A program made the position numbers and the translations under genes. Positions 25,746 through 37,585 of a stretch of DNA of 64,000 bases are shown here, piece by piece. The notes beneath the pieces were generated by a model that saw only the letters and a list, made by a program, of their open reading frames with translations, was not told where the DNA came from and searched no databases. The stretch spans positions 147,996,001-148,060,000 of the forward strand of contig NC_058368.1 in assembly GCF_018350175.1 (NCBI RefSeq), in the 5' to 3' direction. Source of the stretch: Felis catus. Its lineage: Eukaryota. Position 1 is the first letter of the stretch, and each line of letters opens with the position of its first letter.

Positions 25746-28287
25746 GTATTATCTCCTTAAGTCATTTATGGTGCCCCAAATCCTGGTCTTTCTATCTTTG
25801 ATGGTGCTCTAGTTCTTGATTCTCTTGACGTATGAACTTGCTTCTTATTTCTTAAATCTCTTGTTTTGCGCTCATATTAATGTTATAATTTCTTTCACAT
25901 CTTCAATTACTGATGACCTACTGCTTTTGCCTTTCAGGATTATCAAACAAACCAAATCAATTGGAATTCAGGCAGTTCAGGGCTTCTCTTCTAAACTCAG
26001 ATGGCAACTCAGCAGAATTCTTTAAAAAAACAGATTCTCAAAGGAGTAAATTAAACAACTTTTCATATTTAGACCAGAAAAGAAAGGCTGGCATCTCATG
26101 GACTACAGCTTAATTAATATCACAGATCTGTTTCCACTAACAGTCAGGTAGGCCTTGAACAACTAGTAATTTTTAGTTAAGATGTTTGCTTACTTCTTTA
26201 AAGTCTTCATAAAATACTCCACAGCCTTCTTTTTCCTCCTCTTTAGCAGTTTACAAACTTGTCTGCATGAACTGTGGCAGAAGTCTAAATGCTGTTCTTC
26301 ACATTCTCTCATGAGGTCAAGAAACCTCTCTTTATACCTACTCTCAGAACAACCTTAGTTATTAATAATTCCCTCAACTAACGATAAAGTCAACACTACT
26401 ATTAACCCCAGGTTATATAACTATTGTGCTTGGATGTTCATCTGGAAAATATTTTCATTTTTAGCTTAATGAAATAGATTATTTATCTCCACGCTAGAGT
26501 CTCCTTTACCAAGTTCCTTTGGTAGGTCTTTTCATCTCTGTTTCCTTAAATCTTTTCTACATGAAATACTTAGCAATATAATAGTCATCATATTCTAAAT
26601 ATTTAAGAAAAAACAAGCAAATTACAAAACCCAAAACAAAAAGAATAAAAAAGTTTGTCTTGATTATGCCTATTTCTCCTTTTCCAGGGACAAATTTATT
26701 AACTGCATTTTTGAGTAGTTATTTTTTATCCTAAATATGATATCTACACAGTTTGGAAAGCAACAAAAAACAGAAATATGGAAAACACAACTCAGTCATA
26801 TCACCCTCACACAAGTACAATTAATATTTCAGCAGTTCCCAAGTTTTCTTAGCAGAGCTTATTTTTAACTCAGTTTTAATCTTGTAATTCTTTGATTACA
26901 AATATTCTTAAATACATTTTAATCATGAAGTTTTAAATTACTTATCTATCATCGTATCACATATGTGTGAATGTTTAAACGTTCCAGGATTTCAAATAAC
27001 TTTGAGACAATTTTTCACATTTGAATTTTTTTCCTTAATCTAGAACTCAGAAGTGAAATTTTTAGAGCAAAGTAAATGTGTCTGAGATGGTATTTAGGGA
27101 ATTTTATGGTGCTATTAGGAAAGATACCTTACATTACAAGTAGATCTGATATTCATGAGAAACAGAGGTCCCACAGAAGAAGATGTCATGAAAGTCTTAT
27201 AATTTCATGTAATTTACATGTGCCTTCTGATTCTGTTCTTTCCTGTACCTTAATATGAATTTCTACTGTGGAATGGTTAGCTATTGCTCCTTATGAACTT
27301 ATGACTCAACAGATTTCATAATACAAGTTCATGATAAACAGTTATGTATTCTTTGTTGAGGCACTAAGCAACATGTTATATTTTTCCATACAGAAAAATA
27401 ATATTTGGCAGCATGATGGCCCTACTCCAAAACCTTAGGAAACTGGGCTGAGAATTTCCTCCTGCGTTATCAGAGACCCCATACCACATTCTTATTTGCC
27501 ACTTTTACTTTAGTCTCATCAGATGTGCTGGATCGTATGGCTGAGATGTCCAGAAGTTTGTACCATAAACCCGGAATTATTCCAAATCCTCTTATAATCT
27601 TAGTTCAAATCAATACTTGCAGCCTACAGAATCCTCTAATGGATCAGAGTAGTATTCTAAGTGTGGGATATGCTGCCTCCCAGCTTTAAACATCACACAA
27701 TATGCTGTCTTTCTTAGTGGTAGGTGGTGAAAATGTAGACATCCACAAAGCTCTTTGCCTCATCCCAGTCCTTAGTGTTCCATTTTTTAAATATCACAAT
27801 CCTAAGTCTAATATAAGTTACATGCCAAAGCTGTAATTCCAGCACTTTTCATGTCTTCCTGCCTTGACAATTAGACTCTGGCCCTGATTTTCCCTGCTGG
27901 TCTCCTTAAATGCCTCCATGGAGACCCTGTGGGTTTTACACCATGCCTTGAGTTGATAATTGGTTGATCAGAACTTACCATTTTCTTTTCCAAAACTTAT
28001 TATGCAATTAACAAAAGTATTCTAATTAAACAATTCTTACTATTATTAGTATTTCTTCACATTGCTCAAGTGCTATAACAACCTCATAACCTACACTTCA
28101 TTTTCTATCTATATATTACCTCAAACCACCAGATGAGATTCTTTGTAATTGTGATGGTACTATTTACTAAAGATTGTCTTTATTATAGGTAGCAATGGGG
28201 TCAGGATTTTCATCTAGTAGACAAATGACCCAGTCCCACAATTCCACTGTGACTATGTGCTTTCTAGGCCTACTCCTAGGTACTGAC

Positions 28288-29045
28288 TTTCTCACTCTGG
28301 GTTTCCCTGAAAGTTGAGCCTGAAATTGCCACATATTGAAAATACTTTATTTGGAAGTTATCCCATATGTTCAAGTGAGGCATAAAGGCAATAATACAGA
28401 GAAGGAAGGAAAGCCAATAAAGGAGTACATTATTAAATTGGCCATTGCTATCTATTACTGGGGCTCAATCCCCTGGGATCTTGTTTAACAGTCTTATGCA
28501 ATGGCTATCAGAACTATCTACCAGGGGAACAAAAGAAATGTTCACCCTTTTATTCCAATCCCACTTTTGTCAACAGTAGTCTTTTCAGGGGACATGGGAG
28601 GCTCAGCCAGCTAAGCTTTGGACTTTGGAGTTCAGGTCATGATCTCATGGCTCATGAGTTCAAGCTCCACCATCAGGCTCTGTGCTAAAAGCTCAGAGCC
28701 TGGAGCCTTCTTCAGATTCTGTCTCCATCTCTCTTTGCCCCTCCCCCACTCACATACTATCTCTTTCTCCCTCTCTCAAATATAAATAAACATTAAAAAA
28801 ATTGTAAAAAGTAGTCTTTTCACAGGTAGCATTAATTCTCTAACTGGACTGCTCATGCTTGAGGAAGAAATGGTTCCTCAGACACCCCATACTAAGATCT
28901 CAAAAAGGATCAAAGGCAGTCAACAAGAACTGTGAATATCAGATTGCACCTGTGTGAATCCAGTCATAGTGAACAGAGAACTGTCTGGGATATGGGGTAA
29001 CAAACTAAAGATTTGAAATGGCATGTGAGAAATATCAGGTGTAGG
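28288..29045 (-). mobile_element. ERVL-class LTR (LTR16-like), interrupted by a SINE
   Basis: tgggtttccctgaaag...ctttatttggaagttatccc...agagaaggaaggaaagccaataaagg...actggggctcaatccc. Confidence 0.6.
28588..28806 (+). mobile_element. CanSINE
   Basis: Diverged SINE; TSD 15/16 (aacagtagtcttttca 28572-28587, aaaagtagtcttttca 28807-28822). Confidence 0.93.
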
Positions 29046-29343
29046 TCATTTTGTTCTCTTTTATCTCTCCTTCTTTTCCCTTATGGAAGACAAAAAAAGA
29101 AATATTCTACGAATTTTTTTACTTTCCTTCTTTCAAATTTTGTTTTCCTTTTTATTTCATGTGGTGTTAACATTCATTGTGTTTCTTTATTCTCATTTAA
29201 GAAAAACAGCAACTCTTACATGAACTCTGTTGAATCAAAGGGTGCCAGAATTCAGAGATTCAAGGTAGCATATGGGGAAATCAAATTACATACATAAGAT
29301 ATATTTTATATAGAATTTTATAGAAATATATGAGTATATTTAT

Positions 29344-29553
29344 TTTTTAATGTTTTTGTTTATTTTTGAGACAGAGAAACAGAGAGCATGAGCAAGGGAG
29401 GGGCAGAGAGAGAGGGAGACACAGAATCTGAAGCAGGCTCCAGGCTCTGAGCTGTCAGCACAGAGCCCGATGCAGGTCTCAAACTCACAGACTGCGAGAT
29501 CATGACCTGAGCTGAAGTCAGATGCTTAACCGACTGAGCCACCCAGGTGCCCT
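29344..29553 (-). mobile_element. CanSINE
   Basis: Antisense SINE; TSD 12/13 (29331-29343 and 29554-29566). Confidence 0.96.
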
Positions 29554-30279
29554 TGAATATATTTATATGTACATATATATTCAAACCTCTACAGATTTTT
29601 CTAGACTGGTATTTATTACCTTCCTTGTACATGTGGTATATTCACATTTATTTCAGTCAATTTTGACCTAGCTTGCATTCAGACTGAGCTCTTATTATCT
29701 TTTGCCTTCCTTTCTTGGATTGCTGCAATGATTCAATAATTCTTATTTCTACTTGCCAGCCATCACTCCATTGGTCATATCTATGTAATCATATTATACA
29801 TTACCCCTTGATAAGCAATACTCACTGTCTTCACCACAGCCCTACCCTCAATTTGTGAAATGGTATTAATACTTTTTATAAACAAGACTGTGGTTATTCA
29901 AAAAAGGTAAATAACATAAATAAAAAATTGTAAATTAACTATGTAGCCAAGATGAAAGAGATAATTTGTATTAGTACTCAAAGAAGGTAAATATTTTATC
30001 TTATTGTATGAAAATTATTATATACTAATCTATAGCCAAGGTAAAAGAAAAAAATAATTGCACAAAGAAAGAAAAAAATGAATTAGTACCTCTGTGGTTT
30101 ACTTTCTTGCTTGTGTGTGAGGAAATGAAAAATGATAACTTCATTAGATGATCTGAGTCCATTTCACCTCTAATATTCCGTATTTCTAAGTAACCCCTGA
30201 CCTTGTTATTATAAGTACTCTGTTCTCTCTGACAATGACACTGATTAATAAACTGACCACTCCTTGCTGAGCTATGAGG

Positions 30280-30840
30280 GTGTATTCAAAGCTCTTTTGA
30301 ATGAAAACATTAGAAATTTATTCTAATTAGCTTAAAGAAAGAGTGGATGAAGAGGAGAAAATGTATTGTCAGTATCTTATCCACAGGAAATCCAATAGCA
30401 GAAGGCAGTTGTATCTCACTAGTGACAGGAATGAGGAGCTCTTAAATGAGAAAATGAGACTGCCCTCTTTTAATTCTGAGCTACATGGTCCCCTTGGTCT
30501 GTATTTCTCCACATATGTGCTTCATTCTTTTCCTTGGGTACACAGATCGGCTTAGCATGCTCACAGCCAAATAAGTTATTTCAGCCAAGTTTTGTCACAC
30601 TTACCAGTTTAAGTGCATTTACAGAGACTGAGTGAAATTGCTCTGTCCCAATTCCAAATTCAAGAAAAGAGTTTAGGATTGGTCTGATTTCAACTAGGCA
30701 TCTGGAGAAATCAACTGAGACGGGGGGCAAGTCTCATTGTAAAAAATAACTGCCAGAGTGCAAATCTGTTCATAGAGCAGAGAGTTTTGTTAAAAGTCTA
30801 TAAAGTGTGGATTGAGAACACACTCTAAACTGATTCTAGT
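30280..30840 (-). mobile_element. Old MaLR LTR remnant (MLT1I/J-like)
   Basis: agaaatttattctaattagcttaaagaaa... and ccaattccaaattcaagaaaagag...gattgg...aatcaactg resemble old MLT1 sequence. Confidence 0.4.
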
Positions 30841-31085
30841 ACACATGGAAATGATAAGATTATTTCAAAAGGTGCAGACAATGGATTGCTAAAATTGATA
30901 ATCTTCCAACCAGCAAATATAAAATTCACAAGGATAAAGAAAACTCAATGTGATGTATGATACTGGATTTCTATGAAAACAATAATCAATTTCCATGACA
31001 TATTCTCTATTTGAACAATGAATTTTGTGTCCATATTTGTTCCATTCATCTACAGAAGAAATTCCTCCTATAAAAATGTATTCCA

Positions 31086-32015
31086 GGAGATTGGGGGGAA
31101 GATGGCAGCATAGGAGGACGCTGGGCTCACCGCGCGTCCTGCTGATCACTTAGATTCCATCTACACCTGCCTAAATAACCCAGAAAACCGCCAGAGGATT
31201 AGCAGAACGGAGTCTCCAGAGCCAAGCGCAGACGAGAGGCCCACAGAAGAGGGTAGGAAGGGCGGAGAGGCAGTGTCGCTGCATGGACTGGCGGGAGGGA
31301 CCCGGACGGAGGGGCAGCCTGCCGGCCAAGCAGAGCCCCCCTGAGTCTGGCTTGCAAAAGCAGAGGGGCCAGACGGAGTGTGTTCCTATGGCAAGCGGGA
31401 CTTAGCATCTGGGAGGTCATAAGTTAACAGCTCTGCCCAGAGAGCAGGAAGGCTGGAGGACAACGGGAGGGAGAGTTGCTGAGCCCCAGGATGACAGAGC
31501 TCAGTTTGGTGGGGAACAAAGGCGCTCGCCAGCGCCATCTCCCCCGCCCATCCCCCAGCCAAAATCCCAAAGGGAACCAGTTCCTGCCAGGGAACTTGCT
31601 TGCTCCTCTCAAATACCCAACACTGTGCTTCTGCGGAACCAACCCTCCAGCAGCGGGTCTGACTCCCTCTGGCTGCCACAGGGCCCCTCCTGAAGTGGAT
31701 CACCTAAGGACAAGCGAGCTAAGCCTGCCCCTCCTGCCCCCGTGCACCTTGCCTACCCACCCCAGCTAATACGCCAGATCCCCAGCACCACAAGCCTTGC
31801 AGTGTGCAAGTAGCCCAGATGGCCATGCCACCCCACAGTGAATCCCGCCCCTAGGAGAGGGGAAGAGAAGGCACACACCAGTCTGACTGTGGCCCCAGCG
31901 ATGGGCTGGGGGCAGACATCAGGTCTGACTGTGGCCCCGCACACCAACTCCAGTTATACACCACAGCACAGGGGAAGTACCCTACAGGACTGCACCACTC
32001 CAGGGACTATCCAAA
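31086..32015 (+). promoter_or_regulatory. L1 5'UTR internal Pol II promoter with YY1-like site
   Basis: AAGATGGC at 31099-31106 at the L1 start; GC-rich with residual CpGs; internal direct repeat gtctgactgtggcccc at 31881-31896 and 31923-31938. Confidence 0.7.
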
Positions 32016-32910
32016 ATGACCAAATGGAAGAATTCCCTTCAAAAGAATCTCCAGGAAATAACAACAGCTAATGAGCTGATCAAAAAGGATTTAAATAATA
32101 TAACAGAAAGTGAATTTAGAATAATAGTCATAAAATTAATGACTGGGCTTGAAAACAGTATACAGGACAGCAGAGAATCTCTTGCTACAGAGATCAAGGG
32201 ACTAAGGAACAGTCAGGAGGAGCTGAAAAAATGCTTTAAACGACATGCAAAATAAAATGGAAACGACCATGCCTCAGATTGAAGAGGCAGAGGAGAGAAT
32301 AGGTGAACTAGAAGATAAAATTATGGAAAAAGAGGAAGCTGAGAAAAAGAGAGATAAAAAAATCCAGGAGTATTAGGGGAAAATTGGAGAACTAAGTGAT
32401 ACACTAAAAAGAAATAATATATGCATAATTCCTCCAGAGGAAGAAGAGAGAGGGAAAGGTGCTGAAGGTGTACTTGAAGAAATAATAGCTGAGAACTTCC
32501 CTGAAATGGGGAAGGAAAAAGGCATTGAAATCCAAGAGGCACAGAGAACTCCCTTCAGACGTAACTTGAATCGATCTTCTGCACGACATATCATAGTGAA
32601 ACTGGCAAAATACAAGGATAAAGAGAAAATTCTGAAAGCAGCAAGGGATAAATATGCCCTCACATATAAAGGGAGACCTATAAGACTCGTGACTGATCTC
32701 TCTTTTGAAACTTGGCAGGCCAGAAAGGATTGGCACGAGATCTTCAATGTGATGAACAGAAAAAAAAATATGCAGCCGAGAATCCTTTATCCAGCAAGTC
32801 TGTCATTTAGAATAGAAGGAGAGATAAAGGTCTTCCCAAACAAACAAAAACTGAAGGAATTCGTCACCACTAAACCAGCCCTACAAAAGATCCTAAGGAG
32901 AATCCTGTGA
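32016..32910 (+). pseudogene. LINE-1 ORF1p (RNA-binding protein), disrupted
   Basis: MTKWKNS...EFRIIVIKL...IQEAQRTP...RHIIVKL...PRILYPASLSF; +1 frameshift in the A run at 32226-32231 and in-frame TAG at 32374-32376. Confidence 0.93.
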
Positions 32911-32960
32911 GACAAAGTACCAGAGACATTGCTACAAGCATAAAACATACAGACATCACA

Positions 32961-35900
32961 ATGACTCTAAACCCGTATCTTTCTATAATAACACTGAATG
33001 TAAATGGACTAAATGCGCCAACCAAAAGACATAGGGTATCAGAATGGATAAAAAAACAAGACCCATCTATTTACTGTCTACAAGAGACTCATTTTAGACC
33101 TGAGGACACCTTTAGATTGAGAGTGAGGGGATGGAGAGGTATTTATCATGCTACTGGAAGCCAAAAGAAAGCTGGAGTAGCCATACTTATATCAGACAAA
33201 CTAGACTTTAAATTAAAGGCTGTAAAAAGAGATGAAGAAGGGCATTATATACTAATTACAGGGTCTATCCATCAGGAAGAGCTAACAGTTATAAATGTCT
33301 ATGCGCCGAATACGGGAGGCCCCAAATATATAAAACAATTACTCATAAACATAAGCATCCTTATTGATAAGAATGTGGTAATTGCAGGGGACTTTACCAC
33401 TCCACTTACAGAAATGGATAGATCATCTAGACACACGGTCAATAAAGAAACAAGGGCCCTGAATGAGACATTGGATCAGATGGACTTGACAGATATATTT
33501 AGAACTCTGCATCCCAAAGCAACAGAATATACTTTCTTCTCAAGTGCACATGGAACATTCTCCAAGATAGATCATATACTGGGTCACAAAACAGCCCTTC
33601 ATAAGTATACAAGAATTGAAATTATACCATGCATACTTTCAGACCACAATGCTATGAAGCTTGAGATCAACCACAGGAAAAAGTCTGGAAAACCTCCAAA
33701 AGCATGGAGGTAAAAGAACACCCTACTAAAGAATGAGTGGGTCAACCAGGCAATTAGAGAAGAAATTTAAAAATATATGGAAACAAAAGAAAATGAAAAT
33801 ACAACAATCCAAACGCTTTGGGATGCAGCGAAGGCAGTCCTGAGAGGAAAATACGTTGCAATCCAGGCCTATCTCAAGAAACAAGAAAAATCCCAAATAC
33901 AAAATCTAACAGCACACCTAAAGGAATTAGAAGCAGAACAGCAAAGGCAGCCTAAACCCAGCAGAAGAAGAGAAATAATAAGGATCAGAGCAGAAATAAA
34001 CAATATAGAATCTAAAAACACTGTAGAGCAGATCAACGAAACAAAGAGTTGTTTTTTTGAAAAAATAAACAAAATTGACAAAACTCTAGCCAGGCTTCTC
34101 AAAAAGAAAAGGGAGATGACCCAAATAGATAAAATCATGAATGAAAATGGAATTATTACAACCAATCCCTCAGAGATACAAGCAATTATCAAGGATACTA
34201 TGAAAAATTATATGCCAACAAATTGGACAACCTGGAAGAAATGGACAAATTCCTAAATACCCACATGCTTCCAAAACTCATTCAGGAGGAAATAGAAAGC
34301 TTGAACAGACCCATAACCAGCGAAGAAATTGCATCGGTTATCAAAAATCTTCCAACAAATAAGAGTCCAGGACCAGATGGCTTCCCAGGGGAGTTCTACC
34401 AGACGTTTAAAGCAGAGATAATTCCTATCCTTCTCAAGCTATTCCAAGAAATAGAAAAGGAAGGAAAACTTCCAGACTCATTCTATGAAGCCAGTATTAC
34501 TTTGATTCCTAAACCAGACAGAGACCCAGTAAAAAAAAGAGAACTACAGGCCAATATCCCTGATGAATATGGATGCAAAAAGTCTCAATAAGATACTAGC
34601 AAATCAAATTCAACAGCATATAAAAAGAATTATTCACCATGATCAAGTGGGATTCATTCCTGGGATGCAGGGCTGGTTCAACATTCGCAAATCAATCAAC
34701 GTGATACATCACATTAATAAAAGAAAAGAATCATATGATCCTGTCAATTGATGCAGAAAAGGCCTTTGACAAAATCCAGCACCCTTTCTTAATAAAAACC
34801 CTTGAGAAAGTCGGGATAGAAGGAACATACTTAAACATCATAAAAGCCATTTATGAACAGCCCACAGCTAACATCATCCTCAACGGGGAAAAACTGAGAG
34901 CTTTCTCCCTGAGATCAGGAACACGACAGGAATGCCCACTCTCACCGCTGTTGTTTAACATAGTGTTGGAAGTTCTAGCATCAGCAAGCAGACAACAAAA
35001 GGAAATCAAAGACATCAAAATTGGCAAAGATTAAGTCAAGTTTTCACTTTTTGCAGATGACATGATATTATACATGAAAATCTGACAGACTCCACCAAAA
35101 GTCTGCTAGAACTGATACATGAATTCAGCAAAGTTGCAGGATACAAAATCAATGTACAGAAATCAGTTGCATTCTTATACACTAACAATGAAGCAACAGA
35201 AAGACAAATAAAGAAACTGATCCCATTCACAATTGCACCAAGAAGCATAAAATACCTAGGAATAAATCTAACCAAAGATGTAAAGGATCTGTATGCTGAA
35301 AACTATAGAAAGCTTATGAAGGAAATTGAAGAAGATATAAAGAAATGGAAAGACATTCCCTGCTCATGGATTGGAAAAATAAATATTGTCAAAATGTCAA
35401 TACTACCCAAAGCTATCTACACATTCAATGCAATCCCAATCAAAATGGCACCAGCATTCTTCTTGAAGCTAGAACAAGCAATCATAAAATTCATATGGAA
35501 CCACAAAAGGCCCCAAATAGCCAAAGTAATTTTGAAGAAGAAGACCAAAGCAGGAGGCATCACAATCCCAGACTTTAGCCTCTACTACAAAGCTGTCATC
35601 ATCAAGACAGCATGGTATTGGCACAAAAACAGACACATAGACCAATGGAATAGAATAGAAACCCCAGAACTAGACCCACAAATGTATGGCCAACTAATCT
35701 TTGACAAAGCAGGAAAGAACATCCAATGGAAAAAAGACAGTCTCTTTAACAAATGATGCTGGGAGAACTGGACAGCAACATGCAGAAGGTTGAAACTAGA
35801 CCACTTTCTCACACCATTCACAAAAATAAACTCAAAATGGATAAAGGACCTGAATGTGAGACAGGAAACCATCAAAACCCTAGAGGAGAAAGCAGGAAAA

Positions 35901-36783
35901 GACCTCTCTGACCTCAGCCGTAGCAATCTCTTACTCGACACATCCCCAAAGGCAAGGGAATTAAAAGCAAAAGTGAATTACTGGGACTTTATGAAGATAA
36001 AAAGCTTCTGCACAGCAAAGGAAATAGCCAACAAAACTAAAAGGCAACCAATGGAATGGGAAAAGATATTTGCAAATGACATATCGGACAAAGGGCTAGT
36101 ATCCAAAATCTATAAAGAGCTCACCAAACTCCACACTCGAAAAACAAATACCCGGTGAAGAAATGGGCAGAAAACATGAATAGACACTTCTCTAAAGAAG
36201 ACATCCGGATGGCCAACAGGCACATGAAAAGATGCTCAACGTCGCTCCTCATCAGGGAAATACAAATCAAAACCACACTCAGATATCACCTCACGCCAGT
36301 CAGAGTGGCCAAAATGAACAAATCAGGAGACTATAGATGCTGGAGAGGATGTGGAGAAATGGGAACCCTCTTCCACTGTTGGTGGGAATGCAAATTGGTG
36401 CAGCTACTCTGGAAAACAGTGTGGAGGTTCCTCACAAAATTAAAAATAGACCTACCCTATGACCCAGCAATAGCACTGCTAGGAATTTACCCAAGGGATA
36501 CAGGAGTGCTGATGCATAGGGACACTTATTTTATAGCACAATGTTTATAGCAGCACTCTCAACAATAGCCAAATTATGGAAAGAGCCTAAATGTCCATCA
36601 ACTGATGAATGGATAAAGAAATTGTGGTTTATATACACAATGGAGTACTACAGGGCAATGAGAAAGAACGAAATATGGCCCTTTGTAGCAACGTGGATGG
36701 AAATGGAAAATGTGATGCTAAGTGAAATAAGCCATACAAAGAAAGACAGATACCATATGTTTTCACTCTTATGTGGATCCTGA
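32961..36783 (+). pseudogene. LINE-1 ORF2p (APE-like endonuclease / reverse transcriptase), disrupted
   Basis: [51 protein letters not shown] (~35050) and CWRGC..HCWWEC motifs; stops at 33711, 33768, 35032 and 35754 plus several frameshifts. Confidence 0.95.
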
Positions 36784-37526
36784 GAAACTTAACAGAAACC
36801 CATGGGGGAGGGGAAGGAAAAAAAAAAAGAGGTTAAAGTGGGAGAAAGCCAAAGCATAAGTGATTTTTAAAAACTGAGAACAAACTGAGGGTTGATGGGG
36901 GGTGGGAGGGGGGGAGGGTGGGTGATGGGTATTGAGGAGGGCACCTTTTGGGATGAGCACTGGGTGTTGTATGGAAACCAATTTGACAATAAATTTCATA
37001 TATTGAAAAAAAAAGATTTATTCCAAGTAGTCATAGACGTGTGCAATACAAACTTGTAAAGCCTCAGTATCTCTGACTAATTAAATGTCTCTCTGATATA
37101 GCCAGTGGCAGGGGCACTCATGATGCTGTTAACGACCTGTGAAATCTAAGCAGCTCACAAGTTCTAAAAGCACAAATTAGGAGCTTGGAACCATAAAATA
37201 AAGACTCAGCTGTTCTTTTTAACATTTGGGTTTACTATAACCAAATTGAAATATAATAGTTATGAGCCAAATTCCTATATAAAAAACTCAAACTTAGTGT
37301 GAAATGAAATTTAACAAAGTAGATGTAATATGAATGTACTAAAACAAGTGGGGAGAATAGAAATGCTAATAGGCACTTAAGTGCATGCTCTTTAAAACAT
37401 GAAAATGTAGAAAAAGTAAGGAATTCCTCAGAAAAAGTTAAAGTTATGTATCCAACTTACTATTACTGAATTCCATACATATCAAGAATTTGGATAGCTT
37501 TATGAGATTCTATTAGCATTAAATAT

Positions 37527-37585
37527 CATATATATATGTATGTATGTATACACACACACACACATATATATACACACACACACAT
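37527..37585. repeat. Compound TA/TATG/CA microsatellite
   Basis: Seen directly. Confidence 0.85.

Larger units (their letters stand above)
31086..37011 (+). mobile_element. Full-length felid LINE-1 (L1_Fc type), inactivated
   Basis: GC-rich 5'UTR starting ggggggaagatggc, ORF1, 50-bp spacer, ORF2 (EN, RT, C-terminal), G-rich 3'UTR, aataaa and A tail; decayed TSD 12/14 (aaaaatgtattcca 31072-31085, aaagatttattcca 37012-37025). Confidence 0.97.

Noticed and set aside
25911..26000. C-box-like tgatga motifs (also near 40505 and 48612) as possible C/D snoRNAs
   Set aside because: No suitably spaced terminal D box with a closing stem.
31199..31703. Antisense ORFs in the L1 5'UTR as an ORF0 analogue
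   Set aside because: GC-rich sequence gives long ORFs by chance; starts are GTG or weak-context ATG; ORF0 is described in primates and I see no similarity.
32321..35941. Minus-strand ORFs across L1 ORF1 and ORF2
   Set aside because: Antisense shadows of the A-rich L1 coding strand.
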